Positions 18,035 to 25,837 of a stretch of DNA of 38,064 bases are shown here, one piece after another. Each line of letters begins with the position of its first letter. Within the stretch, counting starts at the first letter, position 1. The translations under genes were made by a program, and so were the position numbers. The notes below the pieces were generated by a model. It ran no database searches, was not told the origin of the DNA, and was given only the letters and a program-made list of their open reading frames with translations. Source of the stretch: a virus (lineage: Duplodnaviria; Heunggongvirae; Uroviricota; Caudoviricetes); IMG/VR virus record IMGVR_UViG_2526164598_000023. One strand, given 5' to 3'.

Positions 18035-18856
18035 TTATCCTCTCAGTTCCTGTTGTGCCAGTGGCTGAAGCGTACCCTGATAGCGGGCCAGGTCGGGACG
18101 GTATGCTGCCCCCGGTGCATAAGACCAGCCGACGTCGGTGGTCACCTTCGTGGTGCCGGTATTAAAGGTGGCCACGTTCCGCATTTCGCCGGTTTTCTCT
18201 GAGACCAGTTTCAGTTCCTGGCCCATGGCAGAGCCGGAGCTGATAACCTTCAGGCCACGGGCACGTACATCCGCCGCACTCAGGGCAATCACACTACAGC
18301 GGCAGCGCCAGCCGTTCGGCGGGTAAAATGCCTGCCAGAACGGGTCATCCCAGCGCAGCACCAGACCATGCAGCGCCAGATGGCTCCTGCGGGTATGGCT
18401 GTCGTTGATGCCGGTATACATCCAGTACGGCCTGTCGTCGACGTTTTCCATCTGTTCCGCCCAACGACCGGCGCTGTAGAGTACGGACATATTGGTGCGA
18501 AAGATGGTATCGAGCCGCCACGGACTGCCCTGCTGAATGGTGACTGGCTCACCCGTTACCGGGTCAGTCGTGTCACGTGGTCCCCACCATCCCTTACGCT
18601 TCAGCACCGGCTCCAGCTCCTGCCGGAACCAGCGATCGGTTTTTCCTTCATCGACAGCCTGCTGCAGTGCCCCGCGAATATCTTCCAGGATATCCAGGCG
18701 GGTCACTTTAGCAACGGTAAAGGCGCGGGCATGGGCCTCCTGCCACATTTCTTCCCAGTCCCAGGTAATCTGATACCCTTTGGACTTCAGGTAGTTGATT
18801 GCCCGCTTCGGGGGAAGCGTCATGCAGTACGCCAGTTCAGCCGTTGTCACGCTCAT
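18035..18856 (-). CDS. Head morphogenesis protein (Mu F-like), 273 aa
   Basis: Contains NGWRCRC; follows the portal gene. Start uncertain because it overlaps the portal end. Confidence 0.6.
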   Translation of the reverse strand: MSVTTAELAYCMTLPPKRAINYLKSKGYQITWDWEEMWQEAHARAFTVAKVTRLDILEDIRGALQQAVDEGKTDRWFRQELEPVLKRKGWWGPRDTTDPVTGEPVTIQQGSPWRLDTIFRTNMSVLYSAGRWAEQMENVDDRPYWMYTGINDSHTRRSHLALHGLVLRWDDPFWQAFYPPNGWRCRCSVIALSAADVRARGLKVISSGSAMGQELKLVSEKTGEMRNVATFNTGTTKVTTDVGWSYAPGAAYRPDLARYQGTLQPLAQQELRG

Positions 18857-20333
18857 GCAGACGCCCCCAGATATTTGTCACAAAGAGAATGCGGGCCAGC
18901 CGCTCCTGCAGATCGTCCGTGTTCATCTGAGGGTAGAGCTCCGCCAGTTCGCCCAGCAGCTCAGACGGGTTAACCCCATTTTCGACCCGCCTGAACAGAG
19001 GTGCCAGGACGGGTTCCAGCGTGCCATTTAACGCGCCTCCGTTCATCAGAATGTCCAGCGCGTCGTCAAGCTGCTGCTGAGCCTGAATATCAGCATCAAT
19101 CGCCTCGGCAAATGACAGCGGCAGCATGTTATTCTGTCGTTCCGACGGTGGTGTCTCGTCAATATCGCCGTCCTGCAGTTGGTACTCACGCTTGAAGTAC
19201 TGCGGGGTCAGACGCAGACCCGCCCGGGTGAGTTTTTCGTCGCGGGTGGCACGGGTGTCATCAATGGCCTCCTGTTCCCACATGGCCCAGACCGGACACG
19301 GCACATCGCCGAAGTTCAGGGTGACCACCGTTCTGATGACCTGATTCACTGCCGCCTGAATGATGTCCGCATCCGCATCGCGGATATCAGCCGTTACCTC
19401 CAGCCCGGCCTGTGCAGAGGCCTTGTTACTGTTCGCTTCCGTGGTCTGATTCTGACCGAGTAATGCAATGGAGATCTCACTGCGTGACAGTGTGATCAGC
19501 TCGCGGAATACCTCGCTGCTGTCCGCCTTACCATCCGCGGCTTTGAGTTCGATGCTGCTGTCATCGGGGATGGCGGCCACCGCGTCCTCCACCATCTGCT
19601 CCATGGAGTCCAGCAGTTTTTCAATCTCTGCATCATTTGCACCCCTCGGGTGCTTACCGATCACCCACGGGGAGCCAAACTTTTCGGCAAAGCGGAGCCA
19701 GAATTTCATCCCGCCTTTCTTGAAGGCGACCGGCCAGAAGCACATGGACAGGTCCGGGAAACCGTAAGGATTGTCATACGAGGCATCCTGTGCCGGCACC
19801 ACGAATTTTGACGGTGACAGCAGCTCACCCTCCACACCCGCATCACGCGCCCGGAAGCGCAGGCAGTTGTCCGTATCAAACTGAAACCACTCAGGCGGTT
19901 TGCCGACAATATCCGTCACCGCCCACGACCTGACCGAACGGCCCCACATGATTTCACAGGGCTGATACCCGTAGAGCACGGCATCGCTCATTTCACCGAT
20001 GATGCGGGACAGATCCAGATCGTCGAGCATGTCGCGGATGAAACGGAAGACCCGGGCAGAGGCGTGACCACGCTCCAGTCCACGCTCCAGCGATTTAAGC
20101 GCTGCTTTACGTCTGCGGATACAGCCCCCGACCAGCGGGTCGGTGCGCAGTTCGCGGTAGATACGGATATCCCGTCCCTGAGCCTTGAGAATGGGATCAG
20201 GATTGGGCAGATACATGCCCAGTCCGTAAAAGTCGATCGCGCGGCTGCGGGAGGCAATCTGCGCGGTCAGTGATTTCTGAGGCTCAGAAAAAGCAACAAA
20301 TTCATCGGGTGAAACCCAGATACCCCTCGCCAT
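18837..20333 (-). CDS. Portal protein (Mu gp29-like), 498 aa
   Basis: Size and position immediately after the terminase large subunit. Confidence 0.7.
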   Translation of the reverse strand: MARGIWVSPDEFVAFSEPQKSLTAQIASRSRAIDFYGLGMYLPNPDPILKAQGRDIRIYRELRTDPLVGGCIRRRKAALKSLERGLERGHASARVFRFIRDMLDDLDLSRIIGEMSDAVLYGYQPCEIMWGRSVRSWAVTDIVGKPPEWFQFDTDNCLRFRARDAGVEGELLSPSKFVVPAQDASYDNPYGFPDLSMCFWPVAFKKGGMKFWLRFAEKFGSPWVIGKHPRGANDAEIEKLLDSMEQMVEDAVAAIPDDSSIELKAADGKADSSEVFRELITLSRSEISIALLGQNQTTEANSNKASAQAGLEVTADIRDADADIIQAAVNQVIRTVVTLNFGDVPCPVWAMWEQEAIDDTRATRDEKLTRAGLRLTPQYFKREYQLQDGDIDETPPSERQNNMLPLSFAEAIDADIQAQQQLDDALDILMNGGALNGTLEPVLAPLFRRVENGVNPSELLGELAELYPQMNTDDLQERLARILFVTNIWGRLHERDNG

Positions 20334-21928
20334 CAGAATCCCTCCAGCATACGGGCCGCCTGACGACGACGGCGTGAGCTTGCCTTCACCGGCCCTTTGT
20401 TAATTTCACGGCTGGCGAAATACGCCAGCGCCAGTGCGATGGCTGAATCCCCGTGGCGTTTACCACCGTCAGCCTTTGCTTTTGAGCGTTGCTCCGGTAC
20501 GCGGGGGACACCGTTCACCACCTGAACGGCCCGCAGGTCATCCAGTGTGTCTTCATCCTTTGGTAAGTCCACCAGGTTACCGTCTTCCAGTGCAGCTTTG
20601 ACCGGAGGCATATGCTCCCGGTACCAGCCTTCGGTTGGCATCACCTGCTGAACCCGGCTGGAGCCGTAGCGCTGCATGGCGTATTCAGCCAGATAGGCAC
20701 CATTACCACGGGCATCAAACGCTGCACCCAGCAGACCGGGCAGGCCATCCATCAGATACCAGGTGATTTGCTCCTGCTGTCTGAACGGCACGTTACGCAG
20801 CTCCAGTACGAATGGCACGCGTCGTACCAGGTTCTTCTCCTGCAGCAGGGGATAGTCCACCGACAAATCACCGCTACGGCCAAAGTCGCGCCCCAGGAAA
20901 GAGCGGGCATCAGTGGGGAGTGCCTCCAGCAAGGGTTTCAGATACTCATCAAGCCAGTCCTGCGTCTCGCGGAAGCGAACCTCATCAGACAGCAGTTCAT
21001 AACCTTCCTTGCAGGTCAGACGCAATACCGGCGTATCAGCGGACATGCGGGACTCTATCAGGGCACGGGACAGCCAGGCACCGCCACCGTTGGCCGGAAT
21101 ACAGTCAAGCTCTTCGGATGCGCCGGCACCGTAGAATTTGTACACCGATGCCATCCAGGCCTGCTCGGATGCCTCCGACCATTCCTTCCCGGTGCGCAGA
21201 CAGACGCGCCGGAACAGCCCCTCAGATACGGCTTCCCGGAAAGTGATGCGATGTATGCTGCCTCCCTGACGTCCGGCACGGATATCCCCGATAAGCGTAT
21301 TGAACGGATTGTCGTCACCGTTATGGGTGGAGATAACGCGTACCTTTCCCCCCCAGATAAGCATCGCCAGCGCCGCTTTCAGCAGTTCGTCCAGTTGCTC
21401 ATGGAACGCCGCTTCGTCGATAACAATAATACCCTGACGGCCACGCAGGTTAGACGGGCGGCTGGAGAGCGCAACAATACGAAAGCCGGAGTCAGGAAAT
21501 TTGATGGTGTAAGTCCTGATGTGTTTGTCGTCGTCGTCCTCTTCCCAGAATCCTTCTTCAATTTCACTGGCCGCATAGTTGAATGCCCGTGCCCACATCG
21601 CACACGCCTGAATGTATTCGACGGTCATGTCCTGGTTATAAGCGATGTAATACACATTCATCCCGCCTGCTGGCGCAGAAGAGGCGGCGGTCAGTACGTT
21701 ATCGGATGCCTCAGCCCATGTAATACCGGTACGACGGCTCTTTTCTATCACCTTAAGCGGAGAGGTGTCTGCCACCCAGCGCTGCTGGTAAGGCAACAGA
21801 ACGGGAGGGGCATCCAGCGCCGAGGTATCAGGCAAAACGGGAGCAAGGTTATTCCTCCCGTCCATGGGACTCATCCCTTCGGGGCCGCCGCCAGCGGCGT
21901 TTAAAATCACTCCGGATGATTTTGTCAT
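20333..21928 (-). CDS. Terminase large subunit (Mu gp28-like), 531 aa
   Basis: Walker-B-like GIIVIDEAAFH and C-terminal nuclease-like region; start overlaps the upstream gene by 4 nt. Confidence 0.75.
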   Translation of the reverse strand: MTKSSGVILNAAGGGPEGMSPMDGRNNLAPVLPDTSALDAPPVLLPYQQRWVADTSPLKVIEKSRRTGITWAEASDNVLTAASSAPAGGMNVYYIAYNQDMTVEYIQACAMWARAFNYAASEIEEGFWEEDDDDKHIRTYTIKFPDSGFRIVALSSRPSNLRGRQGIIVIDEAAFHEQLDELLKAALAMLIWGGKVRVISTHNGDDNPFNTLIGDIRAGRQGGSIHRITFREAVSEGLFRRVCLRTGKEWSEASEQAWMASVYKFYGAGASEELDCIPANGGGAWLSRALIESRMSADTPVLRLTCKEGYELLSDEVRFRETQDWLDEYLKPLLEALPTDARSFLGRDFGRSGDLSVDYPLLQEKNLVRRVPFVLELRNVPFRQQEQITWYLMDGLPGLLGAAFDARGNGAYLAEYAMQRYGSSRVQQVMPTEGWYREHMPPVKAALEDGNLVDLPKDEDTLDDLRAVQVVNGVPRVPEQRSKAKADGGKRHGDSAIALALAYFASREINKGPVKASSRRRRQAARMLEGF

Positions 21929-22470
21929 GTGGCAATCCCCAGAATCTCGCGACGAAGCGCCTGTACTGCGTCGCTTGACAGTCCCCCCTTACGGGCAATT
22001 TTCTCGGCGTTGCTGGCTGCCTGCTGCGCTCTGGCCCGTACTTCAGACTGGAACTTTTTGAGGTTGACGGACGCGCGGGACAGCGTAGCCACATTCTTCG
22101 CCACCTTCGACAGCAGGGCCACGCGTTCTTTAGGATCGACTTCACCTTCTTCCGCCTCCTGCAACTGGACAATACTCTCGAACAGCTCGGTCTGAATAAG
22201 GGCTATCACAGCCTCCGAACGCGCATCCTGATCGTCTGCTGCGCCTTCGGTCAGCATGCGGGCCGCTTCTGTTGCCGCACGGATAGCACCATAGCGGCGC
22301 TCAATCTTCTGTCCATAGCGATGGATAGCGGATTTGCTGATGACGTACCCCCGCTCACGCAGCAGGGACTCCAGCTCGTTATACCCGCTGAAGCCGGATT
22401 CAGTCAGCGCCCGTTCAAGCCAGCGGCGCACGTCTTCCGGCAGCTTTTCTATTGTGCTGCGTCTGGCCAT
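21925..22470 (-). CDS. Putative terminase small subunit-like DNA-binding protein (Mu gp27-like), 181 aa
   Basis: N-terminal HTH-like region, coiled-coil C-terminus; directly upstream of the terminase. Confidence 0.5.
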   Translation of the reverse strand: MARRSTIEKLPEDVRRWLERALTESGFSGYNELESLLRERGYVISKSAIHRYGQKIERRYGAIRAATEAARMLTEGAADDQDARSEAVIALIQTELFESIVQLQEAEEGEVDPKERVALLSKVAKNVATLSRASVNLKKFQSEVRARAQQAASNAEKIARKGGLSSDAVQALRREILGIAT

Positions 22471-22781
22471 TATTCACTCCAGTACTTTTCCGGGCGGGCA
22501 ATACCCGGACCACATTCCACGGTGTATTCCACCAGGTCTACGCCGAGGCGGGTCAGGTCAGCAAACCAGTCGCCAGAAGGTTTTTTCTCCAGCTCAACCA
22601 TTTTACGGTCAGCCAGATAATCCAGTTCGCGGCGCAGTTCCAGCGGTGTGGTGTCCGGGTAGATGGCGCGGGACACGTCCAGCAGCAACGTTTCACTGGC
22701 GGTGTAAGGGCGGGTTTTGTTCAGGGCAACCAGCAAACTCCAGCGCAGGGATTCGCGGCGTACCCGGGTAATATCGACCAT
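22470..22781 (-). CDS. Hypothetical protein, 103 aa (Mu gp26 position)
   Basis: ORF with start/stop coupling to neighbours. Confidence 0.45.
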   Translation of the reverse strand: MVDITRVRRESLRWSLLVALNKTRPYTASETLLLDVSRAIYPDTTPLELRRELDYLADRKMVELEKKPSGDWFADLTRLGVDLVEYTVECGPGIARPEKYWSE

Positions 22782-23107
22782 TATTGACCTCCGGTATTGC
22801 GGTACTGCTGTACCACTTCCAGTTTGTTATAAAGCGCGTCCAGTTTGGCCTCGATGACTGTCTGGCCACGGATATAATCCTCGCGACGGACATAATTCAG
22901 CGGTAAATCCGCTTTAAATCGCATAAATTCTTTTTCCAGCTCGCCCCAGTTGGAGGCGGACTGTTGCAGGGCCTGTTCAAGGGAGGCGAATCGTGCCGCC
23001 TGGCGTTCTTCTGTTTTACTGAACAACCATTTGGCGAGCCCTCCCACAAACCCCATGAAGGTGAGCAGAAAACTCACCACCGTCCAGAATTCAACCTGCA
23101 GTGTCAT
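22781..23107 (-). CDS. Small membrane protein with N-terminal TM helix, 108 aa (candidate releasin-like lysis accessory)
   Basis: TM helix FWTVVSFLLTFMGFVGGLAKWLF followed by a coiled-coil-like region; last gene of the lysis cluster. Confidence 0.45.
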   Translation of the reverse strand: MTLQVEFWTVVSFLLTFMGFVGGLAKWLFSKTEERQAARFASLEQALQQSASNWGELEKEFMRFKADLPLNYVRREDYIRGQTVIEAKLDALYNKLEVVQQYRNTGGQ

Positions 23108-23754
23108 TTCTGTAATCCTTCCCGTTCATCCAGTAACGCGTTTATCTGGTTCCGCCAGCGACGACATTGTCCTGCGTTGTCGATGATGTTGGCGAGAACG
23201 TCACGCTGGGAGACACCCGAATCGCGTAACCGGGTGTCAGTGGTTTCAGGTTGCCCGGTCGCTGTGCCAGAGCGGGTGCCAGCGGCGGCAACTGAGTCTG
23301 AATGACCGGTGTCGACGGATGCGTTGTCATATCCGAGTGCGGCGTTGTACTGGCGCACGAAACCGCGAGTAAACACGCACTCAATGGGATGGCTCTTACC
23401 TTTTTCATCAATCCAGCGCTGTGTGACATCGTTAATTTGCCCCTGTAGTTGTTTGTTCCGGCTCTCCAGTTGAGCAATCTGCTCAAGATAACCGGCTTCA
23501 GCCCGCTGCCCGGCGGCCACCTGCTCCTGATACCGTCTGGCCCAGGCCCGCAGCGCAGCATTCTCAAGCGTTGCCTGCTCCGTTTTGTACGCGTCAAATG
23601 CTGACTGCAACTGACTGAGCGCGGTATCACCGTCACGCTTTGCAGAGTCATGACCACTTCTGTATCCCATGGCATACAGGCCGACCAGAAAGGCATTGAT
23701 AAGAATGGCCAGCAGAATGCCGCGCCACGGCAGCTTTTTAACCAGATGCCGCAC
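23104..23754 (-). CDS. i-spanin-like protein (start uncertain; GTG at 23752-23754 proposed)
   Basis: N-terminal TM (ILLAILINAFLVGLYAMGY) then a long coiled-coil-like periplasmic domain. The track start at 23856 would overlap the endolysin gene by about 118 nt. Confidence 0.5.
   Translation of the reverse strand: MRHLVKKLPWRGILLAILINAFLVGLYAMGYRSGHDSAKRDGDTALSQLQSAFDAYKTEQATLENAALRAWARRYQEQVAAGQRAEAGYLEQIAQLESRNKQLQGQINDVTQRWIDEKGKSHPIECVFTRGFVRQYNAALGYDNASVDTGHSDSVAAAGTRSGTATGQPETTDTRLRDSGVSQRDVLANIIDNAGQCRRWRNQINALLDEREGLQK
23142..23408 (-). CDS. o-spanin-like lipoprotein nested in another frame inside the i-spanin gene, 88 aa
   Basis: ATG at 23406-23408; MKKVRAIPLSACLLAVSC has a signal peptide and lipobox-like LAVSC, followed by a Pro-rich mature region. 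Confidence 0.55.
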   Translation of the reverse strand: MKKVRAIPLSACLLAVSCASTTPHSDMTTHPSTPVIQTQLPPLAPALAQRPGNLKPLTPGYAIRVSPSVTFSPTSSTTQDNVVAGGTR

Positions 23755-24472
23755 AACTGCTGCCTCCCCATGTGAGATATCGCGGTGCCAGTTCGCGCAG
23801 GATGCGCTGCGGATAATGGCGGTTCTCCCGCCAGCTGGCCGCATTGCGTCCGGCATTCACCGTGGCGACATGTCCGAACCAGCGGGTGCTGTCCAGACCT
23901 TTCTGTGATGCAAGCCGCCTGTCCCGTTGTACCCAGCCCAGACCACCGTTATAGCCCGACAGTGTCATGGCCATACGCTCGCAGTCACTGGCGGCGCTGA
24001 CACGCTGCCACAGCCAGCGGTCATAGCTGACCAGCGCCCGGATAGCCCATGCCGGATTAAACGGCTCACGACTGCTCAGCATCGGTATCAACTGGCTTAT
24101 CCAGTCGGCAGTGGCAGGCATGAACTGCGCCAGTCCCTGAGCGCCAGCCGGCGAGATCGCATCAGGTCGCCAGCCGCTTTCCTGATGCAGTTGCGCGGCG
24201 AAATCGGCCACCGGCGCAGACAGTCCCCATTCAAGCCGGGCATTACGGATCACATCATCGCGATACTGCAGCGCAGCCTGCGGGGGCTGCGCTGCGCATG
24301 CCTGGCTGAAAAAGCCGCCACACCAGAGCAGCCAGACAATCACCAGGTTGCCAGCAAGCTGCCACCAGAAGCTGTATTTATCGTTACGTGGTTCTCCGTG
24401 TCTGATGGCGGTTACGCCCAGACCAAAGGCGAACAGAATAATGAGGGTGATTTGAGGCCAGTTCATGGTCAC
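23738..24472 (-). CDS. Lytic transglycosylase (SLT domain) endolysin with N-terminal membrane anchor, 244 aa
   Basis: Two N-terminal hydrophobic helices followed by an SLT-type catalytic region with QLHQESGW and AQGLAQFMPATA. Confidence 0.8.
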   Translation of the reverse strand: MTMNWPQITLIILFAFGLGVTAIRHGEPRNDKYSFWWQLAGNLVIVWLLWCGGFFSQACAAQPPQAALQYRDDVIRNARLEWGLSAPVADFAAQLHQESGWRPDAISPAGAQGLAQFMPATADWISQLIPMLSSREPFNPAWAIRALVSYDRWLWQRVSAASDCERMAMTLSGYNGGLGWVQRDRRLASQKGLDSTRWFGHVATVNAGRNAASWRENRHYPQRILRELAPRYLTWGGSSCAASG

Positions 24473-24819
24473 AGTCCTGTTGCCACAGCCAGGCAGACCG
24501 CTGCAACAATCAGTGCACGGCGGATTAACGCAGCAGAAAACACCAGGTGAAGGCCGGTCTGTACCGGGAAACGCCCTTCAGCCATCAGCCTGTCGTCATG
24601 TTTCAGGTACTGACCGGGACGGGCTTTGGGGAAGAGCGAACGGTCAAGCCAGTAACCCAGCACTGCTGCCAGCGTGATAAGTGCCAGCTTGTAGATCACA
24701 ACAGGCAACTGCTGTGGCGAGACCAGAGCGATGATGCCCAGCAACAGCACTGAGGTCAGCAGCCAGCCGCTGAGGCGAGGTTTTTTAACAGGGGGAATGA
24801 ATTTTTTCAGGTTTTTCAT
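24469..24819 (-). CDS. Putative holin, three predicted TM segments, 116 aa
   Basis: Start placed at ATG 24817-24819 (MKNLKKF...) with AGGAG RBS; the stop overlaps the endolysin start by 4 nt. Confidence 0.4.
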   Translation of the reverse strand: MKNLKKFIPPVKKPRLSGWLLTSVLLLGIIALVSPQQLPVVIYKLALITLAAVLGYWLDRSLFPKARPGQYLKHDDRLMAEGRFPVQTGLHLVFSAALIRRALIVAAVCLAVATGL

Positions 24820-24933
24820 GTGTGTCTCCTCGTTTGGTGGAGACAGCATCACAAATGTGGCGGGATACGGATTTTAAACAGCGTTAATAGTGAAGATGTA
24901 AACGTGCACTGCATGATGACTTTGAAAGAACGA

Positions 24934-24961
24934 CCAGCCCGGTACCCGAACACCGGGCTGG
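24934..24961 (-). terminator. GC-rich stem-loop (10-bp stem, 8-nt loop), possible insulator/terminator upstream of the late operon
   Basis: CCAGCCCGGT-acccgaac-ACCGGGCTGG; on the minus strand it is followed by TCGTTCTTTC. Confidence 0.3.
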
Positions 24962-25007
24962 CCATCGCCCCACAGGAATGCGCTGTGAGCCGACCGAGGT
25001 TCAGTCA

Positions 25008-25019
25008 GTCTCGCGAGAC
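25008..25019. promoter_or_regulatory. Perfect 12-bp palindrome GTCTCGCGAGAC upstream of the methyltransferase gene
   Basis: Self-complementary 12-mer about 48 nt upstream of the ATG at 25067; TATAAT hexamer at 25042-25047. Confidence 0.25.
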
Positions 25020-25066
25020 CAGACTAGCCTGCCATATTTTTTATAATTGTAAAAGGCTTACAGATT

Positions 25067-25837
25067 ATGAAAATGCAGACATTACCCATCGTTCCATGGA
25101 TTGGTGGCAAACGCCGCCTTGCAAAACACATCCTGCCGCTGTTTCCGGCGCATGAATGTTATGTGGAGCCGTTTTGTGGGGCAGCAGCGCTCTATTTTCT
25201 TAAGGTACCCGGCAAGATCGAAGTCATTAATGATATCAACGGTGAACTGGTGAACCTGTATCGGGTGGTAAAACATCATCTGGAAGAATTTGTACGCCAG
25301 TTCAAATGGGCGCTGGTCAGCCGGCAGATCTACAAATGGCTGCAGATCACCCCGGAAGAAACACTGACGGATATCCAGCGTGCAGCACGGTTCTACTACC
25401 TTCAGAAGCAGGCGTTTGGAGGCAAGGTGGCGGAGCACAGCTTTGGTACCTCCACCATATCCCCGCCACGCTTCAACCTGCTGCGTATTGAAGAAGAACT
25501 GTCAGCGGCACACCTGCGGCTTTCCAGAACGGTCATAGAACACATGGACTGGCAACAGTGCATAGAACGATATGATCGCCCGCATACGTTGTTCTACTGT
25601 GACCCTCCATACTGGGGAACGGAAGGTTATGGTGTGGAGTTCGGACTAGAAAATTATGATCATATGGCAGATTTAGCACGCAGGATCAAAGGGAAGATGA
25701 TTATATCGGTGAACGATATCCCGGAAATGCGGCAGGCATTCAACGGTCTAAATATTCAGTCGGTTGATATCAGCTACAACCTCAAGATCACTGGCAAATC
25801 CAGTCGCAAGAAGGAACTCATTATCCTCAACTTTTGA
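25067..25837 (+). CDS. N6-adenine DNA methyltransferase, Dam-like, orphan (no adjacent restriction endonuclease), 256 aa
   Basis: AdoMet motif EPFCGAAALYF near the N-terminus and catalytic DPPY (YCDPPYWGTEGYG). Confidence 0.85.
   Translation: MKMQTLPIVPWIGGKRRLAKHILPLFPAHECYVEPFCGAAALYFLKVPGKIEVINDINGELVNLYRVVKHHLEEFVRQFKWALVSRQIYKWLQITPEETLTDIQRAARFYYLQKQAFGGKVAEHSFGTSTISPPRFNLLRIEEELSAAHLRLSRTVIEHMDWQQCIERYDRPHTLFYCDPPYWGTEGYGVEFGLENYDHMADLARRIKGKMIISVNDIPEMRQAFNGLNIQSVDISYNLKITGKSSRKKELIILNF

Noticed and set aside
23755-23856. Long i-spanin start at 23856 (MPDAMRPAGG...)
   Set aside because: It would overlap the endolysin coding region by about 118 nt; a GTG at 23752-23754 just upstream of the TM helix is more consistent with the tight coupling seen elsewhere, though the start remains uncertain.
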